The position numbers and the translations under genes are program-made. A stretch of DNA of 64,000 nt from Octopus sinensis (taxonomy: Eukaryota): NCBI RefSeq assembly GCF_006345805.1, contig NC_043018.1, positions 16,678,001-16,742,000 of the forward strand, written 5' to 3'. Positions within the stretch are counted from its first letter, which is position 1, and the number at the start of each line of letters is the position of its first letter. A model generated the notes under the pieces. It was not told where the DNA came from. It ran no database searches and saw only the letters and a program-made list of their open reading frames with translations. This document shows positions 26,718-40,354 of the stretch, piece by piece.

Positions 26718-26763
26718 CCACTACAATTGTTTCGTATCTCTTCTAAGGACATTCATCAGGTGG
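26718..26763 (-). ncRNA. Type I hammerhead ribozyme motif
   Basis: CCAC-CTGATGA-ATGTC cttagaaga GATAC-GAAAC-AATT-GTA-GTGG: stem I CCAC/GTGG, canonical core, palindromic ACAATTGT stem III, GUA site; weak stem II. Confidence 0.65.
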
Positions 26764-26820
26764 ATTTCGTTTCTTCTATTCAATTTAATGAATATATATA
26801 TAGATGTGTGTATATATATG

Positions 26821-26854
<34 letters not shown>

Positions 26855-26900
26855 TACACACACACATATCTATATATATATTCATATATATATATGTATA

Positions 26901-26944
<44 letters not shown>

Positions 26945-27112
26945 CATATATAACCAGTCTGTTTCATCGATTTTCTTCCTGTTGTCATTGAAAGGAACTA
27001 CAGAAAGCAAACTGGTTACTATAGCCACACTAATTTTGCGCATGTCACCTTCCTCCTTCCTCTTCCATATATCTGAGACATGCCTTTCCCATCCTTCGCT
27101 TTTCCAAATATC

Positions 27113-27143
27113 CTGAAGAAGGGAATATAGCCCCGAAATATAG
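27113..27143 (+). ncRNA. Degenerate hammerhead motif
   Basis: CTGAAGA-AGGG aatatag CCCC-GAAA-TATA; stems I and III decayed; inside a ~320-bp island between (TA)n tracts. Confidence 0.4.
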
Positions 27144-27699
27144 CAACAAAAGCGTTCCTGCTAAGCCGATTTAGCCTCTTTCATCTTCCCTTGGTGAACC
27201 TCTTCTAATTTACTAAAGGCACTCTAAGGCTTTTGTAATACTGTTGTATTACAACAGTATAGACTTACGTGTATGTATATATATATATATATACATTCGA
27301 AGATTAGGCTTGTTAAAATATGTTTGTAACATATTTTAACTTCTAAAGGCAAATTCACTGCAGTTAACGCGAGGGAAAAGTTCTCTCGTGTGGTAAGAGC
27401 TGTAAAAGAAACATATCTGCCCAGTACTTCCCTCTAGCGGAACCCCAAACGCGCTTCACTTGCTCTTTATAATTCCTTAAGGGCAAGAGAGAATATTTTT
27501 CTCCACCACAACTTCAGTGAATTTTGCATTGAGCAGTTAAAAATATGCTACAACATATATATTATATATATATATATATACTATATATATAGATATATAT
27601 ATATATATATATATATATCACAAATATATTTTAACCCGCCTAAATTTCGGTTATCCTTAATAAGTGTTTCCTGTTGGTGCTGATGATATATACACATAA

Positions 27700-27734
<35 letters not shown>

Positions 27735-27790
27735 TGTATGTATGTATGTATGTATGTATGTATGTATGTATGTATGTATGTATATGTATA

Positions 27791-28210
27791 CATGGTGCGG
27801 CGGTGAACATATTATCGTCTCTAAATTACGCAAGAATGGAAATAACACTGATATCTCATATTAACTAATATATTTACCAAAATTACATAAAAATTATCTT
27901 GAAACACTAAAGATTAAATTTATTCAGTAACATCGCCATTGGCTTCGACCACGGTCTCCAGATGACTTCAGGATCTCCAGCAACTCTTCTGGGCGGTCTC
28001 CTTGTTTAAGTTGGTGAATGCTGTCAAAAACCTTGCCATCAGTTCATCTTTGGTGTTAGAAGGAGTTTTGTTGGTCTCTCGCACAACTGCACGCCACACA
28101 TAATAATCAAGTGGGTTGCAGTCTGGGGAGTTAGTTGGCGAGATGTTAAGGGTGAAAGTGGTCGAAGAAATTGTTCTGACAGCCTTGACTGGGTTCTCAT
28201 GCCATCGACG
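27791..28210 (-). mobile_element. maT/DD37D-like Tc1/mariner transposase 3' fragment with terminus
   Basis: NSPDCNPLDYYVWRAVVRETNKTPSNTKDELMARF...; terminus TA|CATGGTGCGGCGG at 27789-27803. Confidence 0.8.
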
Positions 28211-29489
28211 GAACGAAATGTTTAAAACAATACAACGAAACAATATCTATGGTAGGATCAGCTGGAATATTAGATATGGTAAAAGTGGAGCCTCTGACGG
28301 CCACGACGACGACGACAAAGGATGAAGATTGTGGAGACAATGAGCGACAGTACTAAGAGGAGTAAAAAGACACAGGAATATGTAACAAAAAACAAGAATT
28401 CAGAAATGATTAAAATTTGCCCAGAGCAAAAACATTGCGAAGTAATCATATTCGACAATGTGTGTGAGAACGGATGTAAACACACACACACACACATGCA
28501 TACACACACACACAAACACACACGCATATATGGATACACACACACACGCATATATATATAGCTATATATATATTATATAAATGTATATATATTCGTGCCC
28601 GCACATGTACACTCGCACATGCACTCACACACACACTCACACACATACAAACACATAGACACACACAAATGCTCGCACGCACGCAAACTCACACACATAT
28701 ACACACATATATGGACACACACACACACATACAAACACATAGACACACAAATGCTCGCACGCACACAAACACACACACATATATGGATACACACACACAT
28801 ATATATATAGCTATATATATATTTTATAAATGTATATATATTCGTGCTCGCACATATACACTCGCACATGCACTCACACACACACACACATACGTACATT
28901 CACCCGCGCGCACACACGCACACATACAAGCACACACGCAAATTTATGTGTGTGAGTGTAAGAACAACGAGGAAGAGAATTTAGATTATCCGCACATGGC
29001 GAGTTGCAATGCAAAAGAATATATATATATAATTAAAGAAGGAAAATTCAAGCAGTTTATATAGTTTCAACATATTTTAAATGAAAGTGTATTGTGGCTG
29101 TCTACCGGTTTTGCTTTCGCTAATAATGACATTGAAATTATTGCGATTTCGTATTTCCTTAGGAAGTTTATAGTAAACGTTCTCGTATGGAAGTGTTTGA
29201 ATGAAGCAACAAGTAGAAAAATCTAAGATGGAGTATAATTGGTGATAGTTATTATTCGGGCCAAGGAAGGAAATTGTTCATGTTTTCAGTGGGATAAATA
29301 AACAACAAAAACTCATCAGTTAAAGTAGTGAGATGAAATATGTACAACGATGGATATATGATCATGAATTAAAATATATACTGATATCAAAGTTGTTTAT
29401 GCGTTCATATTTAGGCGTGTTCTGTATTTTTCAATAAATAAATTTTCTTTATTTAAACGTTCTTGTACAGAATTTTTTTCTTTGCACTG

Positions 29490-29853
29490 ATAATTACCGA
29501 AAGGCTTTTTTGTTAGTATTCCCCACACATGGATCCTAGAAACACTAGCCATGGACAAGGTAGCACCAATAATCAAAAATATATAACACATTCCATGAAT
29601 AAGTGGCAGACAGTGCTACAACTCTAGACAAAAGAGGGATTCATAAAAACCAAAGCCATTACCATTAGAAGAGGAATAATCCAGGGAGACACGCTCTCTC
29701 CACTCCTTTTCTATTTGGCACTGACACCTTTATGTGACATTCTAAATAGAACTGGATGTGTTACATGCTAAACAGAACTGTTATAGCAAAACAATCAGCT
29801 ACCTCTTCTATGTGGATGATCTAAAACTGTACGCTACAAATGATAAACAACAT
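29490..29853 (+). mobile_element. R4/Dong-type non-LTR retrotransposon RT fragment (frameshifted)
   Basis: Translates to KAF..SIPHTWILETL, IRRGIIQGDTLSPLLF and YVDDLKLYATNDKQ; followed by (TAA/TGA)n. Confidence 0.8.
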
Positions 29854-29903
29854 TAATAATAATGATGATGATGATGATGATGATGGTAATAATAATAATA
29901 ATG

Positions 29904-29976
<73 letters not shown>

Positions 29977-29978
<2 letters not shown>

Positions 29979-30537
29979 GCCCTGATGCAAAACCAGGCAG
30001 TGGCTCTCGTGGCTTCTGATCTTAACTGATTGGAAGTGTTATCATGTACATTGTTTTGTCTTGGTATAAAAGATGGGCTACAGCAAATATTCTGCTCAAT
30101 ATCACAGATTTGCTTGTCAGTTGTTTGACCTTAACCAGTTGAGCATGTCCCTTAGTGGCTGAAGTTATGTGCATCTATGATCACAAGCAGAATTAGTGGA
30201 GGAGCATCATAGCCGTGTGTTGAGAGGGATTCGTTGGGGTTTGAATTATTCACCTCTGGAAACATGGGTGTTTCGTTCAATATCCTTAAACAACCGTTAT
30301 TCAGGGACCTTTTGAGCGGGATGGGCTACTCGACCAGAAGAAAATTCTATGTGGGCCCACCACCTGCAAGGTCATGCGCTGTTTATCTTGATATGAGATC
30401 ATCATGTCGCGCACATATGGTTGTGATGCATGTGCCTAGTTTACCCTTATCAGACGGGTAGTCATGATGGGTATACTGGGCTTCGTATATTTTACCCCAG
30501 TGTCACCTTAATGGTATGCACTGCTCTCTCACTCAAT
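29977..30537 (+). mobile_element. Non-coding segment embedded in (TAA)n; probable 3' UTR of a TAA-targeting non-LTR element
   Basis: Bounded on both sides by TAA-rich repeats and lies between two R4/Dong-type fragments; no credible ORF. Confidence 0.45.
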
Positions 30538-30587
30538 ATTGATAATATTTAAAAGAAAAATAAATAAATAATAATAATAATAATAAC

Positions 30588-30633
<46 letters not shown>

Positions 30634-30639
30634 GTAATA

Positions 30640-31045
30640 AAGAATTTGACAAGATCAGTAAATCTAAAGACTTGCTAATAGAAATTGAAAAAATGTGGCA
30701 TCTCAAGGCGACTACAGTACAAGTGATTGTAGGATCTCTAGGAATGATAAAAAAGGTACTGAAACCTATTTGAAAATGATACCAGACTTACCATCCTTAC
30801 AGGAAGAGCAAACAGTCGTGTTAACTGGAACGAATCATGTACTGAGCTGAGCATTATCACTGTGAAAGCAACATCCCTTCATGCATGAATTTGTTTCGTT
30901 ATTAACTTTTTAAATACCTGTTTTACCTGTGAATTTGCGTGTGTCATCTGGGAATGCATACAATGAGCTTCTCTGTCCTAGGTGTACGGAAAACACTCGG
31001 CGAGAAATGGAAGAACATTTGAAGAAAGAAGGAAAAAAAAAATAA
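30640..31045 (+). mobile_element. R4/Dong-type element 3' end (restriction-like endonuclease C-terminus plus 3' UTR)
   Basis: EFDKISKSKDLLIEIEKMWHLKATTVQVIVGSLGMIKK...VLTGTNHVL; preceded by (TAA)n, followed by AATAATAAT. Confidence 0.8.
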
Positions 31046-31547
31046 TAATGATAAATTTATACATTGTAGAAATTCAGAGCTGACAAGCAAACTTCATCTA
31101 CTTAGCTGTTTTGTCATAGCGACAGTGACAGCAACGATAGATATGAAGCTTTTAACAAAATAAAATGGAGTAAAAAGCATTGCCTAATTGATTTTCAGGA
31201 AAATGTTAATAAATCAGATGAATAGATTTCAAGAACATGGAAGGAGAAAACAACGAGAAAGAAACGAAGTTAAAATCGGGAAAAATAAGAGAAGAGAGAG
31301 AGAGAGAAAAAAATAAATGAAAGCGAAGAAATGCGGTCCAAGTATGGAATCCAGTTAAGTGTGATTTCATTTCACACATCCGCCATTGCTATGACGCTAC
31401 AGGAAAACCGATGAGGTGTCCACTTCAATCAACGAGATGACACTTTCCATCATAATTTTCTCTTCTCTATTGCTATCGGGATCTATCAACAATCCTGACA
31501 ACTTCGGAATTTCTCTTCATCATGACAATGTTTCTTGTTGTCTTTGC

Positions 31548-31617
<70 letters not shown>

Positions 31618-31796
31618 TATTTATTTATATTTTATTTAATTGGAGGAGGGAATGTGATATAAGTAATAAAGGATAATCGTTTTTGTTTTGTATTTTTTTT
31701 TTGCTATTTTTGTATCACGTCTTCCCTCATATATAAACTCTCTCACACACACATACACACACACACACAAACAAACGCACATAGTACACACATGCT

Positions 31797-31828
<32 letters not shown>

Positions 31829-31977
31829 GACACACACAATCAAACGCACATAGTACACACACACTCACACACACAAACAAACACACATAGTACACACACA
31901 CTCTCTCACACACACACACACACACACTCACACACACATACACACACAGAAGCAAACGCACATAGTACACACACACT

Positions 31978-32009
<32 letters not shown>

Positions 32010-32077
32010 AACGCACATAGTACACACACACTCACACACATACACTCAAACAAACGCACATAGTACACACACACACA

Positions 32078-32112
<35 letters not shown>

Positions 32113-32469
32113 GCACGCATACACACACACCTGCAATTTGATACAGGAAAGCAAGTACAGGCTAAAACTAATGCACAAAATTAGTTTTCTTCAGCTTGCT
32201 AATTTGATAAAGCATTCAAGTATCGTGTAATCTCTCAGCTCAAATCTGCTGCGGGCATTTCGTTTCGTTTCTAGGTACGTCACTTCATTTTACATATCAC
32301 CGTCCAATTAGGTGTGAGAAAGAGATACCTGCAGTTTTGTTACAGACATATGCAATAGGCTGGCTTTCTATTACGTGGCCAACGTTTAACTCTCATCCAC
32401 TTCATGTTACCGTGTAAAATACTAAACACGAATATACAAGGCCAAGCAAGCAAGCTCCATTCATCCAGT

Positions 32470-33488
32470 TACATACATACATGCATACATACATATATAT
32501 ATATACATACATTCATGCATACATACAACATACATACATACATACACACATACATACATACATACATACATACATACACACATGCATACATACACACATA
32601 CATACAAACATACATGCATACATACATACATACATACATACATACATGCATACACACATACATACAAACATACATTCATACATATATGCATACATACATA
32701 CATACATACATGCATACATACATACATACACACATACATACATACATACACACATACATACATACACACATACATACAAAGATACATACATACTTGCATG
32801 CATGCATACATACATACAAACATACATACATACATGCATACATACAAACATACATTCATACGTATATACATACATACATGCATGCATACATACATACATA
32901 CATACATGCATACATACATACATACATACATCCATGCATACATACATGCATGCATACATACATACATACATGCATGCATGTATACATACATACAAACATA
33001 CATACATATATACATGCATACATACATACATACATACTTACATACATACATATACATACATACATGCATGCATACACACATACATACATACATACATACA
33101 CACATACATACATACACACATACATACATACAAACATACATGCATACATACATACATGCATACACACATACATACAAACATACATTCATACATATATGCA
33201 TACATACATACATACATACATACATACATACATACATGCATACATACATACATACATACATGCATACATACATACATACATATATACATACATACACACA
33301 CACATACATACATACATACACACATACATACATACACACATACATACATACAAACATACATGCATACATACATACATACATACATACATACATACATACA
33401 TACATACATACATGCATACACACATACATACATACATACATACATACATACATACATACATACACACATACATACATACATACATACA
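32470..33488. repeat. ~1-kb degenerate (TACA)n tract with higher-order block duplications
   Basis: Direct reading; CAAACATACATTCATAC recurs near 32665, 32845 and 33175. Confidence 0.95.
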
Positions 33489-33597
33489 TTGGCTGATTCG
33501 TTAGCATGTCGGTTAAAAGACGCTCAACGACATTTTGCCCGTCTAATTTTTCTGAGTTCAAATTCCGTTGAGGTAAGTTGCGACTTACTTATTTATA

Positions 33598-33767
33598 GGC
33601 GCAGGCGTGGCTCTGTGGTAAGAAGCTTGTTTCCCAACAACATGGTTCCGGGTTCAGTCCCACTGCGTGGCCCCTTGGGAAGATGTCTTCTACTATAACC
33701 CCGGGCCAACCAAAGCCAGCATTGTGAGTGGATTTGATAAGACGGAAACTGAAAGAAGCCCGTCGTG

Positions 33768-33770
<3 letters not shown>
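33598..33770 (+). mobile_element. SINE family B, 5' half
   Basis: GGCGCAGGCGTGGCTCTGTGGTAAG...GGGTTCAGTCCCAC...CCTTGGGAAGATGTC. Confidence 0.8.
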
Positions 33771-33799
<29 letters not shown>

Positions 33800-33825
33800 T
33801 GTATGTATGTATGTATGTATGTATG

Positions 33826-33888
<63 letters not shown>

Positions 33889-33892
33889 TATG

Positions 33893-33947
<55 letters not shown>

Positions 33948-34116
33948 GAAGCACTCCGTCGGTTACGACGACGAGGGTTCCGGTTGATCCGAATCAACGG
34001 AACAGCCTGCTCGTGAAATTAACGTGTAAGTGGCTGAGCACTCCACAGACACGTGTACCCTTAACGTGTAGCATTGTGATGGATTGATAAGACGGAAACT
34101 GAAAGAAGCCGTCGTG

Positions 34117-34148
<32 letters not shown>

Positions 34149-34198
34149 TGTATGTATGTATGTATGTATGTATATATATATATATATATATAATATAT

Positions 34199-34234
<36 letters not shown>

Positions 34235-34294
34235 TAGTTGTATAATAATAATAATAATAATAATATAATAATAATAATAATAAAATAATAATAA

Positions 34295-34672
34295 TGGAAG
34301 CACTCCGTCGGTTACGACGACGAGGGTTCCGGTTGATCGAATCAACGGAACAGCCTGCTCGTGAAATTAACGTGTAAGTGGCTGAGCACTCCACAGACAC
34401 GTGTACCCTTAACGTAGTTCTCGGGGATTCAGCGTGACAGAGAGAGTGACAAGCTGGCCCTTTGAATACAGGTACAACAGAAACAGGAAGTAAGAGTGAG
34501 AGAAGTTGTGGTGAAAGGGTACAGCAGGGATCACAATCATTCCCTGCCGGAGCCACGTGGAGCTTTGGGTGTTTTCGCTCAGTAAACACTCACAACGCCA
34601 GGTCTGGGAATCGAAACCGCGATTCTATGACCTCGAGTCCGCTGCCCTAACTACTGGGCCATTGCGCCTCCA
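34295..34672 (-). mobile_element. SINE family C (tRNA-derived, ~385 bp), full length
   Basis: Minus strand starts TGGAGGCGCAATGGCCCAGTAGTTAGGGCAGCGGAC...GGTTTCGATTCCC and ends GACGGAGTGCTTCCA. Confidence 0.9.
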
Positions 34673-34734
34673 CTATAATAATAATAATAATAATAATATA
34701 ATAATAAAAATAAAAATAATAATAGAGAAATTAA

Positions 34735-35150
34735 GGCCACAAGACCAGATATAGTTGTCAGAGATCATGAAGAAAAAAATGCTTTCTAATTGATGTATCA
34801 ATACCGGCAGATGACAACGTGTGTCTAAAAGAAATGGAGAAACTCTCAAAATACAAAGACCTGGAAATAGAGGTAACTAGAATGTGGAATCTGAAAACAG
34901 AAACAATTCCTATCATAGTAGGTGCATTAGGCATGATAAAAAAATATTCAGACAAATACATAACAAAAACACCAGGACTTACAAACACATATAACATACA
35001 GAAAATTGCACTACTAGGCACTGCACACATCCTCGCAGAACACTTTCCATACATAACCATCAGAGCATCACAACAAATCACAGCACATACCCAAGGCACA
35101 CAGAGCTGCGCTCGGTTGTGAAGTGAAAGCACGCTATAAAAATAAAACTA

Positions 35151-35154
<4 letters not shown>
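34735..35154 (+). mobile_element. R4/Dong-type element 3' end inserted in (TAA)n
   Basis: RPDIVVRDHEEKKCFLIDVSIPADDNVCLKEMEKLSKYKDLEIEVTRMW...IIVGALG (PD..D restriction-like endonuclease); TAA repeats on both sides. Confidence 0.88.
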
Positions 35155-35235
<81 letters not shown>

Positions 35236-35448
35236 TAATAATAATATAATAATAACTTGGAAAATTTGTCGTGAACATAGAGCCGTGTGTAGACATTGTA
35301 TTACACATAGTAGTGCCTTGTTCCGAGGTCTCCAGCTGACAATCTGTTCATATAAAAGAACCGGGAACTTAAAGAGGTACTTGTTACGATTTCTAAAGAA
35401 AACCTTGACGGAATCCTCTGTCTGTCTGTTTGTATTCTCTCTCTTTAA

Positions 35449-35486
<38 letters not shown>

Positions 35487-35796
35487 ACTCTCTCTCTCTC
35501 ACTTTTTTTTCTTTCTCCTATATCCTTGATTAATCTTCTTGAGCAATTTCACAATACGTAGGAAAGAGAGGCAGAGTGAGAAAGAGAGATGTAGCCCTCA
35601 GCAATATTCTTCATTAATGTACATCCAACAAAGGAAGCTGACCAGCTTTATAGGAACAACAATATACAGTGAAGAAGGAAGAAGATGAAACAAAGAGAAA
35701 AAGAAAGAAACCTCTAGTTTTCCTTCTTCCAACTTTATTTATGTTGATTCATTCCCTATCTTCACCCTTCTTTCTCCTTTATCGTCATCTCTTCCT

Positions 35797-35965
35797 ATTT
35801 TCGTCTGTCTTTACGTTCTGAGTTCAAATTCCGCCGAGGTCAACTTTGCCTTTTATTCTTCCCGTGTCGATAAATTAAGTACCAGTTGCGTACGAGAGTC
35901 GATCTAATCGACAGGCCCTCTCCCCAAAACTTTCGGGCTTTGTGCCTAGAGCAGAAAAGAATATT
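35797..35965 (+). mobile_element. SINE family A body, tail type 2
   Basis: Matches the third unit of 2045-2630. Confidence 0.8.
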
Positions 35966-36182
35966 TACTAAGCAAGGGAGCAATAATATACAAAGGAATA
36001 ATTAGACGTAAAATACAAAAATTATTAGAATTCGGAATCAAATGTGAAAATATAATCAAGGGTTTAGCAGAAAACCGACCGGAGAGCGGTCTTTCTGCTA
36101 GTCTTTATGATGATGTAATGTTTTCATTAATTATTTAAAGAATTCGTTAGAAACAGACGTAACGGATTGATATCAGTAACTC

Positions 36183-36214
<32 letters not shown>

Positions 36215-36217
<3 letters not shown>

Positions 36218-36575
36218 GTGTACGCAGGAAGGACTAGTTCCACGAGTCGTGTTCTGTCCAACCTTCAAAACACGCTGGAGTTGAACTAGGGACAGCTGAT
36301 GAAGAGGATTTTTCCTTGTGTAGTTTGTCTTGTACTCTGTTTTTTTCGTTTCCACGTTTGTTTTTATGTTTTCGTTTCTCGTTGAGTTCTACGTCTATTT
36401 GTGGTGTCCTGTACTCACGTATATATATTTATATATGCATGTATATATACATGTAGATGTAGGTTCGTACATGTATCTATGCATATATTTTATTTATTAC
36501 ACTATTGTATGAATGAGCGCCCTCGCGTCGATTCGATTCGTTTCGTTTCATCTCCTCCAAGTAAGTTTTGTTATA
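36215..36575 (+). repeat. Unclassified interspersed repeat between (TA)n tracts
   Basis: 36380-36570 is homologous to 59175-59390 (TGTCCTGTACTCACGTATATATATTTATATATGCATG...GTCGATTCGATTCGT). Confidence 0.6.
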
Positions 36576-36970
36576 TATATATAAATGAGTAACGGTAGAG
36601 TTACTGATATCAATCCGTAACAAAAAAAATACAAAACAAAAACGATTATCCTTTATTACTTATATCACATTCCCTCCTCCAATTAAATAAACTATAAATA
36701 AATAAATAGTAATAATAATAATAATAATAACAGCAAAAACAACAAGAAACATCGTCATGATGAAGAGAAATTCCGAAGTTGTCAGGATTGTTGATAGATC
36801 CCGATAGCAATAGAGAAGAGAAAATGTATATATATATATATATATAAACTTAGATAAACTTAGATATGTTTCGACCAAAGATTGGTCCAGGCCATGTCTA
36901 TATATGTATATGTTTATATATATATAGCATAATTACCCCCTCCCCAATATATATATATATATATATATAT

Positions 36971-37145
36971 AGTTAATCCAAACAAGAAAACACAGAAAAA
37001 AAACACAGAAAAAAACACAGCAACGCGAGGACGTAGAACAATTAAAGTATTATTTGACGCTCAGGAAAGAAGGGAAGGAGGGTTTAACGTTTCGAGCGGA
37101 GCTCTTCGTCGGAAACAAGGAGAAGGAAAGATCCCGAGAAGGGAA
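36971..37145 (-). mobile_element. Second copy of the hammerhead-bearing PLE end (motif at 37082-37116)
   Basis: Near-identical to 11095-11258; adjacent to (TA)n. Confidence 0.6.
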
Positions 37146-37542
37146 TATATACACACAGAGAGAATAGATAGATAGACAGATAGATCAAAACAGAATGATT
37201 CAGACCTCTTAGTACGCTGAGTTTCAAGCCTGTGGCTTGTCTTCGGGAATTTTAAGTCGTCTCCTGACAAGAACTCAATGTATCTCATCGTCTATCAACA
37301 GCAATTTTACTGCCGCCATCAACTCCGCCTTCACGTAGTCACAAAGTCTCATCGAACACGAAACCTCACAATTGCTATGAAAACTTCTGAACCACAATCT
37401 TCTTAACTCTCACGGAATCCTGCGTCGATGTAACATTTAATGATAACACCTTCACTCCGTTCACCAGGGATTTCCACACCAACATCATGGACAACACACT
37501 TCCCCATCACAAGTCCCACCACAACAATAACCACCGACTGCA

Positions 37543-37577
<35 letters not shown>

Positions 37578-37598
37578 AACTACTACTTACTACTGATA

Positions 37599-37633
<35 letters not shown>

Positions 37634-37645
37634 TTACTACTGATA

Positions 37646-37688
<43 letters not shown>

Positions 37689-37741
37689 ACTACAACTACT
37701 ACTTACTACTGATAACTACTACTACTACTACTACTACTACT
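37543..37741. repeat. (ACT)n microsatellite
   Basis: Direct reading. Confidence 0.95.
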
Positions 37742-38293
37742 GCAAAATTGACAACAAGAATACTATTAGACTTAGCACTAAGAAATACCTTCCCATAAAC
37801 CCTAAAAAAAAATAATAATAAAAGAGAATTCAACACTAGTTTAAGAGAGAACATTGTTATCGTTTAAGACGAAGCTAGAGAACAACGTTTCTTGCAGGTC
37901 CTCCTAAATCATCAAATCTCTACTCTTGATAACAACATTACAGTATCAACAGATATCATTGTATTGTAGCGCACACAGAAAAATGTCGGCCATATTACTA
38001 AAATAACAAATGACAGATGCAAATGTATTGCAGGGTAGTCAGGGAGATACGCACTTTGATATATTGTCGAACACAGACTTTCTTTCCTTCTCTCCCCCCC
38101 TTCTCTCTCACCCTCTCTTTTTCCCCCTATCTGTCATGCGCAATCGCACACACATACATACAGGTGTGTTTGTGTGACAGTCTACATTAAATTACATATA
38201 AATATGTGAATCTGCGTGTGTGTATATATATGTGTATGAGTGTGAAAGTGTATGCATATATATATATGTATATATATATATATAATATATATG

Positions 38294-38347
<54 letters not shown>

Positions 38348-38355
38348 ATTATATA

Positions 38356-38406
<51 letters not shown>

Positions 38407-38442
38407 TATATATATATATATATAATATATATGTATATATGT

Positions 38443-38528
<86 letters not shown>

Positions 38529-38856
38529 TATACATGTATATATAACTATACGATATATCCGTATTCATTGTGGTTTACCTGATCATAAAATTTCTCCATT
38601 CCATTTATTGTAATTTAAAAAAGTTTTCAGGCGCTCGACTTGCGTACTTCTAAGCAGTCTGTATCTTTCGTAAAAAAAATACAATTATATATATATATAC
38701 ATACAATTGTCAATAAATGTGACTAGGGTGTTAAGAAACACCTTCATTGCGAGAAATAAGAGCTGAAATGCTCTCACTCTGTAGTTAGCGCACAGAAATG
38801 AAAACATATACTTTAACAGGTACCTAAATCGTCCGAAAACTGCTGATCGAGAATTC

Positions 38857-38903
38857 TTAATACTGACGTCAGTTTCGGCAATTTCCGTTGCTTCGTCAGT
38901 TAA
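38857..38903 (-). ncRNA. Type I hammerhead ribozyme motif
   Basis: TTAA-CTGACGA-AGCAA cggaaa TTGCC-GAAAC-TGACGTCA-GTA-TTAA: canonical core, 12-bp palindrome ACTGACGTCAGT as stem III, GUA site. Confidence 0.7.
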
Positions 38904-39259
38904 ACCCATTCGATTCTTCAGCATATACGGGACTTGCTTCCCTATTAGTATGTATCTTTTCGTTATCTAAATTCATGAATGATTTAACGATTCGCTAATG
39001 TGTTTACATAAAATTAATATAAACAGTAGGTTGCAATGTTTCACCAAAGAGGAGAATTATATGTGTCACTAAATGTGACAAACGCGTTAAGATACGGACA
39101 ATCCAAGGTCGCGATACTATATATATTTTCATTCATTAGCTTTAACTACAGCATTAGCACATTTTAGCTGTTATTTCTAACAATGTAGGTGTTTCTTAAG
39201 AGCCTAGTCACATTTAGTGACAATTATTATTCTCCTTTTTGGTGAAACTTTGCAACCTG

Positions 39260-39610
39260 CGGTTCATCCTTTTATTCTATGTGTCCCCTGCTGTCATGTG
39301 GGCTCATCTGATATACCAGATAGAAACCTGTCCAGACGTTCCTTGAAAACTTCCACATCAGCACTATGTAGATCTCTCAGGCTGCTCGAACAATTGCGGG
39401 CCCTTGAAATACAGAATATTGCAGTACAGTGACCGGATCTTTGGGACTATGCATTGCCGATCGGACATTGGTGTAGCTGCCAATTCCAAAATTGGGAGCT
39501 AAACCCTCTAAGAGCTTCCAAATATATATCACCACATTTCTCTAGGAATGATTGATTGATTGATTCTAGTTTCAGCTTATGAGCTGTGGCCATGCTGGGG
39601 CACCGCCATT
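39260..39610 (-). mobile_element. CR1/L2-group LINE 3' fragments
   Basis: VIYIWKLLEGLAPNFGI...FKGPQLF...LRDLHSADVEVFKERLDRFLSGISDEPT; tail GGCGGTGCCCCAGCATGGCCACAGCTC at 39570-39610. Confidence 0.7.
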
Positions 39611-40354
39611 AACATGGATTTTTTCTTTTGTTCGTTGAATGAATTCATGTGACCTTCTAATATTGCAAAATTAGATTATTTAAGGTGAGCCTGGTAACTG
39701 ATGGTTTTGGGTTTTGTTGTTTGTAGCTTTTGGTGAGCCATGGTGCAACCAACAACATAGAAAATTCCCTACCATTAATTTGGTGTGGATGGGTAATATC
39801 AAATAATTCAATCACAATATATATTTAAATTAAACATGAAAAAATTGAAATATTATCATCACTTACATGGAAAAATTGAAATATTATCTTTCAGTATTTT
39901 ATAAGGTAAAATCTTAAATTATTAATTGACACATTATTAATTATCTTATAACAGGAATGCCTGGAAAAATCATGGATTACATGGAAAAATGCGAGCATGA
40001 AAAGTAATATTCTTAAGATTATAAGCCTGGACAAGTTATTACACCTGTAAAATTATAGGACAAGCTATTTCTTCTAGTAAAATAAAAAATAAGAAACATT
40101 TTACTTAAAAGTTTGCAGCTTAAATTAAAATTTGAATGTTAAAATTTATTTCATTATAGTTTACAAACGCGTTAGTCACATTTATTTAAGTAGAATTTGG
40201 CTAATTTACTACCTTAAATACAGAAAAGAAGTGACTAATTAGACAAACTTACAAATTAGCTGAACAGTTTTGTACAATAAATTTAAAAGATGAGAACTGT
40301 AAAGAGTGAAAAATTAGAACTGGCATTCTTTGCTGCAATATTTTAAGTAAAGAG

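Noticed and set aside
36860-36892. Partial hammerhead (GACCAA/TTGGTC-GAAACATAT) on the minus strand
   Set aside because: CUGAnGA core is missing; not counted
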